Below the pieces are notes generated by a model, which was given only the letters and a program-made list of their open reading frames with translations, was not told the origin of the DNA and did no database searches. 64,000 bases of DNA, from positions 31,498,001 to 31,562,000 of the forward strand of contig NC_087437.1 in the NCBI RefSeq assembly GCF_036321535.1, written 5' to 3'. The translations under genes and the position numbers were made by a program. Each line of letters starts with the position of its first letter. Position 1 is the stretch's first letter. Positions 36,616-47,428 of the stretch are shown piece after piece. Origin of the DNA: Camelus dromedarius (Eukaryota).

Positions 36616-39600
36616 TAGATGCAGTGGTTGTCAAGGAAAAAATTTTAGTTTTGAGCGGAGAGTTTGCACTAAGATCAATATGACTTTAGAGAAATGCTTT
36701 AACTCCAATGTCTTACCTGATTTTAATGGAAGTGGTTCCTTCAGGTTTTACTTTCAGAACCTTCTCCATCTTCCCCTCAGGACTCAGACAGGAGCCCAGG
36801 ACTGACTAAGCCTGCATCCTCCAGACATGCCCACACAAAACTGAATCCCAGTGATGGGTGCAGCCTGCTTTCAAATGGACACCCTGCTACCATCAAATTT
36901 GGCATCTCAGGGTGGGAAAGATCTGGAAACTTATCCAGTCCACACTTCCATGGGCCCCTCACTGCCTATGACTGCGTAACCATCCACTGAGCAGTCCCAA
37001 CTCAGTGGGGTCTAAACATGAAATGGTTCTGATTTTTCCAACTGCTAGCTTCAAATCTGATTTGCTCTGAACTGAACAAAACCAACCTACAAATAAAAAA
37101 CAAAAAGCTTTTCCCTTAGCACATCTAGGGCAGATTCCATTAGTCTTGTCACTTTCAGTCCATTTAAAAACCTCCTTCTCATAGTTGAATTCAGAATTCT
37201 ATGCTGGCCTATTTCTCTCTCTCAGTTTTAAGACAACCTCCAGGCTGTTGGGGTGGGAAGGGGTATGGGCGAAGAGACCACACGGTCCCCCGATCTGGGA
37301 GATCTAGCTCGGGGAGGCCTCTTCTGCCACCTCCGAGCTCTGCCCTGGTGGCCTCTCATACAACCTCTTGCTGCTGTTTCGTTATCAGAGGGCGACTTTC
37401 TGGAAAGGGTACTGGGGAGGCAGCTCAAGCCCAGTGATCACTCTGGGCCCATCCCCCGCTCATGCAGGAGAAGGGGGCGATCTGCAAGTTCACAGCCCAA
37501 GCTGACGCCCACCTGGGGAGTGCGATGCAGCTATTCTCCCCTCTTTCAGCAGCGCCCCCATTTCTCTGGCCTTGGGGCAGGAGTGGACATTGGGACACAG
37601 GGAGGCAATCACTTCTCACTGAGAACTCTGCCCACTGCTGTTGACCTAGATGCCGCCTGTTCTTTCCCGTGTAAGAGAAGCAGGGAGGTGGCAGGGTAGG
37701 TGTTGACTACGGAAGCCTGATCTGTTGCCCCTTAGAAAGCCCAGGGAGGTGGGGGTGTGGGAGGACAGTGCGGTTTCTATTAACTCCCTTTTGAATGTGA
37801 GGCATTTAGCACCTCTTTTTTTCCCCCCCCCAGCTGGGACTCTAAATGCCAGTTCCAGAGCAACAGGAACACCCTCATCCTACCCTCCCCCTTCCTGATT
37901 TTGTTTGGTTTAGGCCATCTTGAGCAGGAAGAGTAGCTCTGCATGGATCTTGGTGAGCTGCTGGCAGAAAGGCTGTAGACAGGCTGGCCTGGACACACAG
38001 AGGCTGGACAGAGACACCAGCACGAGGTGGCAGCTGTTCTGGTGTCCTTGTGGTGAGCAGGGGCTGCCCTGCCCCCTGCAAGGCCAGGCAGAGGGGCTCC
38101 CAGTGGGCTGGCCCAGGCCCGAGGGTTAAGCTCTTGCTAGTCTCTGCATCTCACAGATGCGCAGCTGGGGAAGTTCCAGCCTGAGTGACAGAAACTTTGG
38201 GATCAATACGCCATTTGTGGGACACGGGGTGGCTCAGGGACCAGTGGTGGCTGAATTACCCTGGTTAAGCAAACCCTGAAGGGCAGGTCTGGGGACTGAG
38301 CTGAAGGCTGGGCGGGATGGAGCTGGTCGGTTCACAGGGCTTCTTAGGGGTGGATGTTGCTCCAGCATCACTCGGTCTCCTGGCTTCCTGTACCCGTTTT
38401 CGGGCAGAACACCCAGCTATGACCATTCTCAGTGACCTACACACTCATTCATGTACACAGACACCTGTGGAGGCCAGGAGGCTGGGAGTGATGGCTCAGG
38501 ACTGGCGCCAGCATCAACCTGCCTCCCCAAACCACCACTGTGTCCCAGGACCGTGAACCTGCCCTTACCCCACCCAGAATGAAACACTCCTCTGCCTTTC
38601 TTCTCTCCCCCTTCCCTCTCTCCCTCTTCCCCCTTCCTTTCTGTTTTAAGCCCAGCATAAAGGGACAGCTCGCTCCATACCTGCCATTCCTGGGAAGGTT
38701 CACTGTATAGATTCCAAGGTGGTTTTCTGAGTTGCCTATATTTTGCAGTATCTGGCACTTCTCTCACTAAAGAACAGAAAAGGAAAAAACAAAAACAAAA
38801 AGCAAATTAAGTCTCCAGGACTTGGCTCCAACAGAGTACCTGCTCCCCATGCACACTTGAGTAAGAGAAAGAAAAAAAATACCACCGCTCTTAAAGCATT
38901 CATCTCAAGCCGGCTCTTAGCAGTTTTTTCTCAGCCTGAATATGTCCCTGTTCTCAGTACCATCTGTTCTCACACACCTGCGGCATTTAAATAGGCTAAA
39001 CATTCCTGTGACAGGTAATAGGAATGATTTCTATAAGCCACATACCCCGTAAAGGAAATGTGGTTTCTTTAAACTCACAGCGTTTTGAAACGTACTTATA
39101 ATGTATAGGGAGATCATCCCAAATGAATTCTTAGTAAAAGATATAAAGCCTGATTGCCTTGTCTCTTTATTAAAAAGGGGATACAAAGCTGAAAGCTGAG
39201 TGAGCCAGTTTTTTTCTCTTTCAACTGTTTTTTTCTTGTGGTTTGGCTAACTTTCGGAAGACTTTTTTTTTTCTAAAAACAATATTCTGTTGGTTCTTAA
39301 AGATGAGAAGGTTTCACTCACTGCCCTCAAGGTTACATTTTCATTAGAATTATGGTGGTGTTTTATATTGTTCATATTCTCACAACAGAGACACAACTGT
39401 ATGGTCCCATTTTATTTATGAGAACAACTGAGGCATTGGAAACTCAGGAAAATCTCTCCCAGGTTATATAGCACCCGACTGACCCAAGATTTTAAGTCAT
39501 CACGCTGTCCCAAATATTTAAGCAGTTATGCCACTGTTAACTTTCTGACTGGCTAAGAGTTTTTCCTTGAGTTCTTGATGCCAACTCCTTGACCAATGTT

Positions 39601-39777
39601 ATCATTTTAAGTTCTCTTGTGCTAGGTGTAGATTGGTAAGTATACAAACTGGAAGTGTCTTGACTCTTTTTATAGTGGCCTAAGGAAATATATAAGTAAA
39701 TGTGATCAGAATTTTGTCTCAATTTTTAATGTTGTTTCAGCATTGATGAAAATCACACTGCTAATGATTCTCTTTTA

Positions 39778-39900
39778 TTTTGTTTTTTTTTTGGGGGGGG
39801 GTAATTAGGTTTATTTATTTAATGGAGGTACTGGGGATTGAACCCAGGACCTTGTGCATGCTAAGCACGCACGCTACCACTGAGCCATACCCTCCTCCCC
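39778..39900 (-). mobile_element. tRNA-Ala-derived SINE (Vic-1-like), copy 3
   Basis: Reverse complement reads ggggaggagggtatggctcagtggtagcgtgcgtgcttagcatgcacaaggtcctgggttcaatccccagtacctcca. 17-bp TSD with 2 mismatches: ctaatgattctctttta (39761-39777) / ctaatgcttctgtttta (39901-39917). Confidence 0.9.
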
Positions 39901-42787
39901 CTAATGCTTCTGTTTTAAATGAGAAGCCTTAGTAGCCTCCTGGAGTAAACAAACAAGGGGTAATCAAGCCACATCCCCTCTCAGTGCTTACCTTCTATAT
40001 GAACAGATCTTCTTTCATGCTTTTTTTTCATGTGTATTATTAGCACCTCATCTGTGTGTCCTTGAATTCTTTTCCTATTTGGTTGTCTTTCTTTCCCCTA
40101 AAACCACCCCGATTTCCCTCTTTTTTCTACAGATGCATAGCCAGCTGGATCTCTCTCTCTCTCTCTCTCTCTCTCCGTTGTTTATTTTCGTACTTCTTTT
40201 CTTTTATTTTAATCTGTAGTGTGTGCCCTACAACAGGATCAGGGGATTTAGGAACTGCACTTTTGGCCTTGGCCATACTGGCACCAATACAACACCTCCA
40301 GAGAGTAAATATTTATGCACCCTGGCTGCTCCACAGTCTCAAATATTCAGGCCAACAGTGTGGGTTTGAGCTGGTCATTCTTGGTCACTGGAGTAGGAAG
40401 CTGAGTCCTTGGTGCCTTTGCTGGGGACGGGGGTGGGGGAGCTCCAGGCAGCTCTCCTGGGCTGTCTGCTCCCCTGGAAACTGGTAGGAATCTTCTCTTT
40501 CCAGAAATGTTTTTGTGTGGCTACTGTGTTGTGGCACCTGAGGAATGTGGGGCTTCGCCTCACTTTTTTGCCCAGTCTCAGTCCTTTGACCCATCCTGGG
40601 AATGCTTGCCACCACCTGACTTCTGTGAGCCCCCATTTCACTCTTTTAAATAAAAAAGATACTTTAAAAATCACCAAATTGCTCATCTCTTAATTTAGGC
40701 CATGGAAGGTCCAGACTACAGCCTGGAGAGATAGGAAGTACCCTGAAGCCACGTGGACCACCTTGAAGGCACATTATGCACAAGCTGGCAAGGGGTGACG
40801 GGGAAAACTCGGTACTCGGAGAGAGAGAGAGAGAGAAAACAAATGCTAGGATTGAAAAGAATCTAGAACCCAAGTCCAGCAGTCCCCAAAGTTTGTCTTA
40901 GCACAGGGGAGACTCTGCTGCCTTAAAATAACCAATAGAAGGAGATGGTAGAAAAGGAGTTTTGCAGAAGATGTGTTTTTGGTCTCCAGGTTTATGAACT
41001 ACTGGAAATTTAGCTTTCTCTCAGTCCCCAGTTTACAGGTGACGCCTGGGACAGGGACATGAGTTTTCCACTATCTATGATCATTTAGTGGTAGAACTAC
41101 AACACAAATTCCCCCAACTGATTGGTTCATGTCTCCTTGCAGTTCAACACAGAAATAACGTACCAGGACTGTGCTTTGAGGGTGGGGGGCCGGGGGCAGA
41201 AAGCACTCTGCCAACACAGCAATAAGAGCTAAAGTACCGAGCACAGCTCAACGGAAAAGGGGCAGAGGCGGTGGGGGGAGGTGGGGGGCAGATGGCTCGG
41301 AATACTGTTTGTTCCCAAACTCAAAAGCACACAAAGGTCAGACATGTCAGACAGATAAAACCGACTTGATCCAGATCTGGGAAATCATTGCCCCAAATAT
41401 GTTTATAGCCCTGCTTCCTACTCCCTCCCTTCCAAGGCTTGGGCTGGTCCTCTTGCATGGAAGTTAGGTGGATTCCCCAGGAAGATTTAGAGACTCAGAG
41501 CCCAGGAGATGATTACAGTCCTTGTATTCCTAGCACAGAAGTGAGTGTAGGAATGCATGATGCAGTTGTCTTTTAAGTAAAACAAAACAAAACAAAACAA
41601 AAAAATAACACCTAAGAGGCCCTCAAGGAAAGAATATTTTAGGTCAAATATTAGGAAAAATTTGCTAAAAGTCAGCCATTCCTCTGATGATCTGGGAGCT
41701 TCTTTCCCTGCCATATTCAGATCACGATTTTTTTTTTTCCCACAGCAGTGCAGCAGCAAGGCAGAAATGACCATTCTACCAAATTCAGGTCAACTTTTTG
41801 GGTTGTCTGTCTTGTTTCTGCACTTTAAGAAATCCGTTCGGTAAAGATAGCAGGCCAGTAGCGTGACTGGCCTTTCTGCAGTTTGAGTCAGCCCCAAGCA
41901 TCCCAGCTAACAAGGAACAGCATCCCTTTTTAACCCTTCAGATGGTGCCAGGGCAAATTCCTCAGTGTCTGCATGAGTCAAGGGACAGCATCTCCAGTGT
42001 GGAAATGTCTGGCAGGCTGGAATTTCTGGGTGGCTCTTCCCACTGCAGAGTTCAAGCAAACCGTTGTCATCCTTCTCTCTCTAGAAAGAGAAAGGAAAAC
42101 CCCAGCCCTTAGAGCATTAGTCCTGGCTCACGAACATGGGTGTTCTTTCCTGGAAACAGGGTCTGGCTCAGTGAGATGTCCTCAGAGTTGGTGCTTTGTG
42201 TTGCCAAGATGCCTGCTTCTGGCAAGCTATGGAGGGGGTGAGGGGAGGAGCGGGAGGCTGCCTGAGAGAGGGGGTCTTAATGCCCCTCAGAGAGACACAA
42301 AACCTCCATTATTTCACAGTTATTCAGCACGATAGACATTTTATCCCAAGAGAAAGGCTTAGACAACTCCTCACTAGTAGGAGTATTTTAAGAATTATAA
42401 ACAGAAAACAGATCACATTGAATAGTGCGTTTCTGAGCAGAGTACAAGTTAAATTGCCTAACAGGCTGAATTGGGAAACAAAGAAGTTAGTTGTGGATTC
42501 GCAGTGCTGTGAGTGTGTCTATAGTTGGCAGCACATGGACTGGGTAAGCCAATTTCCTGCGCCCTCCAGCCAAGGCCTCACAAACACCTCAACACCTGGA
42601 TACTCCTAAGACTCCTCTGTTAATGGCCCTGTGTGATGGCAGCCACTGGGTCAACAGTGAAGCTTGAACCAAATGCAGGGGCCAGACCACGACGTGACAC
42701 AGCACTCAGTCTCTTCCAGGCCCTTGCCATAATCACTTTGTATCCAGAACTTCTAAGAGGTTTCATTTACCAAATTATCACCTAGTG

Positions 42788-44225
42788 TGGCCGTTCTCCA
42801 AGTGGTCTGTGGACCCTTGGGGGAGTCCAAAACCATTTCAGGTGGGCCATGAGGTCAAACTATTTTCAGGATAATATTAGGATGCCATTTACCTTTTTCA
42901 CAGTGTTGACATTTGCACTGATGATGAAGAAGCCATGGTGTAGAAAACCAGTGGTGCCTCAGCACAAGCCCAGGCAGAAACACCCAGCTGCACCAGTCAC
43001 GGTCCTCCTCACTGCCACACACTCCAGCTACCAAAAACCCTGCCTGCTTCATTTAAGAACGTTCTTGACAAAGCCCTTAACATTATTCATTGTATTAAAT
43101 CTTGACCTCTAGTTTGTATCTTTTTAACATTCTGTGTAAAGAAACGGGAAATATGCATAAAGAAAATCTGTGGCAAATTGAAGTACCATGTTTGTCTCAA
43201 GGAAAAGCACTTGTGTGATTGAGCTACAAGCTAAACTAGCTGCCTTTGTCAAGAAATACTACTTTTACTTGAAAGAATGATGGAAAAACAAATTAAAGTT
43301 ATTCAGACTTGGCTGTTTAGCAAATATTTTTTCAAAACTAAACAAGTAAGCCTATCCCTTCAAAGAAAATAATTGACAGTATTTTGTTGCCAATGGTTGA
43401 AAACTGAGCCTTCAAACAAAGATTAGAATTTTGGAAAACTTGTATCAGTCACCATCATCTTCACAGCTTACCAATATTTAAACACTTTATTGATGATAAC
43501 AGTGGTGATGTTGACAAATGCAATTTTTGATGCTGTATAGTATAGTACGTCAACATTTGGAGGATCTGCATAACTCAGTGAATCAACATTTTCCAAATGA
43601 CCAATGCCTAATGTCAAAAATTATGCATGGGTTAAAAAAATCACTTCAAAGTACAAGGCAGACCAATGGATTTTAATGCAAGAGAGATGAAAATTTCACT
43701 CATTCTGTTTCAAGTTCCACATTGCATCTAACCTTTAAGAAGTCACCCTTGCGCAGTTTTGGTACACTATCATCGAATATACACAATATCTGAAAAGGCT
43801 CATAAAATACTCCCCTCTTTTCTAATGACATATCTATGTGAAGTCAGATTTTCTCTGTATACTTCAACCAAAAGAATACATCACAACAGATTGAATGCAG
43901 AAGCAGACAGAATCCAGCTGTCTTCTAGTAAGCCAGGTGTTAAAGAGATTTGCAAAAATATAAAACAATGTCACTCTTCTCACTATTTCATTTAGTCTTA
44001 GACAATCTAATTATTTTTCACAAAAATATATTACTTACATTAGTATTAGAGAAGTTAATCAATGTATTTTTCAATGAATTTTCAAAAATCTTAAATTTCT
44101 CAGTTTTCATTTTTAATATGTAAAATATCAGGAGATAGAGCCTAAATAAATGAAAATCCTTTAAAATTCTCAATCATTTTTAAGAATATAAATGGATCCT
44201 GAGTCTAAAAAGTTGAGAACTACTG
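42788..44225 (+). mobile_element. Charlie1a-like hAT DNA transposon, end-to-end copy of ~1.44 kb
   Basis: Degenerate terminal inverted repeats (tggccgttctccaag ... aagttgagaactactg) and 8-bp TSD acctagtg (42780-42787) / acctactg (44226-44233). ORF 43759-43995 encodes a hAT C-terminal dimerisation remnant KAHKILPSFLMTYLCEVRFS...NRLNAEADRIQLSS. Confidence 0.9.
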
Positions 44226-44264
44226 ACCTACTGAAACCTCAGACAATAAAGCTACTCACACTAG

Positions 44265-44495
44265 GAAGCGTGGTAGAGTGGAAAGCCCATGTGCTTGGGA
44301 GGCAGACAGACATGGGTTCAAATTCTGGCTTTAGCACTCACTAGCTATTTGACTCAATGAATCACTTAATTGCTTCAAGTTTGCTTCCTCATCTATAAGA
44401 TGGGAATAATGATACCCAACTTACAGATTGCCTGAGGATTAGGGATAAATGTCTTAGCACAATGCTGAAATATTTATTGATTAAATGAATATAGT
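44265..44495 (+). mobile_element. MIR SINE, near full length
   Basis: gcgtggtagagtggaaag...gggttcaaattctggct...cttcctcatctataagatgggaataatgatacc...cttagcacaatgctg. Confidence 0.85.
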
Positions 44496-44504
44496 AAGGT
44501 ATTC

Positions 44505-45060
44505 AGTATATCAGTGAGTGCTTTGGGTTGCAAGCATTAGATATGGCTTAAATGGTAAAAACAAAAATAAAAAACTTACCTTCCATAAGAGAGGTCCAGA
44601 CACAGAAGAGCACAGCAATGTCATGGGCCCAGGTCCTCCCCACCTTTCTGCTCCGATCCCTCAGCACTGACTCTTCCTCTTTAGGCAGGTGGCATGGCAG
44701 CAACATCAAGGCATCACATCCAGGCAGGATAATGTCCTGAAGAGGAGACATTTTTTCCCCCATTTATGGCTTTCTCTTAGGAAAGAGGAAACTTTTTCTA
44801 GATTGCCACCAGTATACTTACCCTTATATTTCATTGACCTAAATTTGGCCCCATGTCCTTTCCTGAACCAGTCCTAGCCAGAAGGATAGGCTGTGCCTTT
44901 GACCAATTAGGCCCACTTCTTGGGCTGGAGGTGGGAGCCAAGCTTCCCTGAGGCCCAGTCCTGACAGGTAAAGGGCTGATAACTGAACAAAATCAGGGCT
45001 TTGTTAGGTAGGGAAAAGGGAGAATAGAAGGAACCAGCAGGTGATCACACGGGGTCTACT
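44505..45060 (-). mobile_element. Old MaLR LTR (MLT1J/K-like)
   Basis: gctttgggttgcaagca...tcattgacctaaatttggccccatgtcctttcctgaaccagtc...ctgaacaaaatcagggctttgttag. Confidence 0.65.
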
Positions 45061-45389
45061 ACATTCAGTAAATGGGAGACTAGAACAGCAGGTCCCAGTG
45101 CCAGTTGGCAGACTGGCTACATAGAAATCATCTGGGAGCTTGTTTAAAAAAATATAACTCAAACAGTACTGTGCATATGAATTGCCCTGGGATCTTGTTA
45201 AAATGCAAATTCTACTTTTGTAACAAGCTCTCAGATAATGTAGCCAACCACTGGCCTATGAACCCCACTTTGATTAGCAAAGATAAAGCTATCTAACCCC
45301 CAAATTACTGACTCAGTCTCCCAGGTGATCCTGGTCTAAGAATTGGGTACAATGTGATAGAACATCAACAATATCAAGACTGGCATTCA

Positions 45390-46798
45390 AGCCCACACAC
45401 CTGTGGTCAGTTAATCTTCGACAAAGAAGGCAAGAATATACAATGGAGAAAAGACAGTCCCTTCAGCAAGTGGTGCTGGGAAGGCTGGACAGCTGCATGT
45501 AAATCAATGAAATTAGAACACTCCTTCACAAAACACAAAATAAACTCAAAATGGCTTAAAGACTTAAATATAAGACATGACACCATAAAACTCCTAGAAG
45601 AGAACACAGGCAACATATTCTCTGACATAAATTGCAACACTATTTTCTCAGGTCAGTCTCCCAAGGCAATAGAAATAGAAGCTAAAATAAACAAATGGGA
45701 CCTAATCAAACTTATAAGCTTTGCACAGCAAAGGAAATCATAAACAAAATGAAAAGACAACTAAGGAACTGGGAGAAATATTTGCAAATGATGCAACCAA
45801 CAAAGGCTTAATTTCTAAAATATACAAACAGCTCATACAACTCAATAACAAAAAAACAAACAACCCAATCAAAAAATGGGCAGAAGACCTAAACAGACAT
45901 TTCTCCAAAGAAGACATACAGATGGCCAACAGGCACATGAAAAGGTGCTCAACATCATTATTAGAGAAATGTAAAGCAAAACTACAATGAGGTATCACCT
46001 CACACCAGTTGGAATGGCCATCATCAAAAAATCTACAAGTAATAAATGCTAGAGAGTGTATGGAGAAAAGGGAAGCTTCCTACACTGCTGGTAGGATTGT
46101 AAACAGGTGCAGCCATTATAGAAAACAGTACTGAGGCTCCTTAAAAAACTAAAAATAGACTTACCATATAATCTAGCAACCCCACTCCTGGACATATCTT
46201 TGGAAAAAATTCCAATGTGAAAAGATACATACACCCCAATGTTCACAGCAGCACTATTTACAACAGCTAAGACATGGAAGCAACCTAAATGTCCACTGAC
46301 AGATGACTAGATAAAGTTGTGGTACATTTATACAATGGAATACTTCTCAGCCATAAAAAAGAATGAAATAACGCCATTTGCAGCACCATGGATAGACCTA
46401 GCGATTATCATACTAAGTGAAGTAAGTCAGACAGAGAAAGACAAAAATTATATGATATCACTTACTTGTGGAATCTAGAAAATGATACAAATAAACTTAT
46501 TTACAAGACAGAAACAAACTCACAGACTTAGAAAACAAACTTAGGGTTACCAAACGGGAAGAGTGGGGATGAGGAGGGATAAATTAGGAGTTTGGGATTA
46601 ATAGATACAAACTACTATGTACAAAATAGATAAACAACAAGGTCCTACTGTATTGCACAGGGAACTACATTTAGTAACTTGTTATAAACTAATAATGGAA
46701 AAGAATCTGAAAAAATATATGTTATAACTAATCGCTATGCTGTACACCAGAAACTAACACGACATTGTAAATCAACTATATTTCAATAAATTAAAAAG
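45390..46798 (+). mobile_element. 5'-truncated artiodactyl-type L1 (ORF2 C-terminus, frameshifted, + 3'UTR)
   Basis: ORFs 45354-45743 and 45721-45990 encode L1 ORF2p motifs (QLIFDK...FSKWCWE...[47 protein letters not shown]). 14-bp TSD aagactggcattca (45376-45389) / aagattggcattca (46799-46812). Confidence 0.95.
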
Positions 46799-46807
46799 AA
46801 GATTGGC

Positions 46808-47245
46808 ATTCATTCATCCAATAAACATTTGTAGAAACTTCTACCCAGCCAAACCTGGTGCTTATTGCTGAAACTACAGTCCACATTCTGCTGGAGAGGG
46901 AGAGCAGGCAGACGGACGTATAAGCAGATGTTGTTATTGTGAGAAATGCTCTAATACGGCTCTGTACCATGATTGAGGGGCAAGGAGTGACTCACTGGTG
47001 AAGCCAGAGGAGACAGGTAGGGAAGGCTGCACAGAGAAGGACATTTGAGCTGGGCTTTCCTGGGTGCCCAGAGTGAGACAATATGGATGCATGAAAGCGT
47101 GAAAATACGAATGAGCAAAGTACACTCGGGCACATCGAGAAGGTCTCTGTGCCTTCCGTACAGGCTACGGTGCGGGTGGAGAAAGAACAGGTCAGAAAGC
47201 CCGGCTGGGGCTAGGTTATGGAGAGGCCTTAGATGCTGTCTTAAA
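46808..47245 (-). mobile_element. L2 fragment
   Basis: cattcattcatccaataaacattt... followed by ggaaggctgcacagagaaggacatttgagctggg. Confidence 0.6.
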
Positions 47246-47254
47246 TCATTCTGT

Positions 47255-47428
47255 AGCTGTTCTCAAGTTTGCTCATTAGAATCACTTGGAGAGCTTTAAA
47301 AGATCCCGCTGCCCAGGTCACACCCTGGGTCAGTTAGATCACTGTTGGGGGGTGGGAGTGGGGCAGCGAGGCATCAGTCCACGTTAAAGCAGGTGATGCC
47401 ATGCGCGGCCAAGTGGAGAACCGCAGCT
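47255..47428. mobile_element. MER5A/MER5A1-like MITE
   Basis: gctgttctcaagtt...cattagaatcacttggagagctttaaaa...caggtgatgcc...gccaagtggagaaccgc. Confidence 0.7.

Noticed and set aside
45354..46246. ORFs of 129, 89, 86, 77 and 65 aa
   Set aside because: Frameshifted L1 ORF2 remnants and their antisense frames, not host genes.
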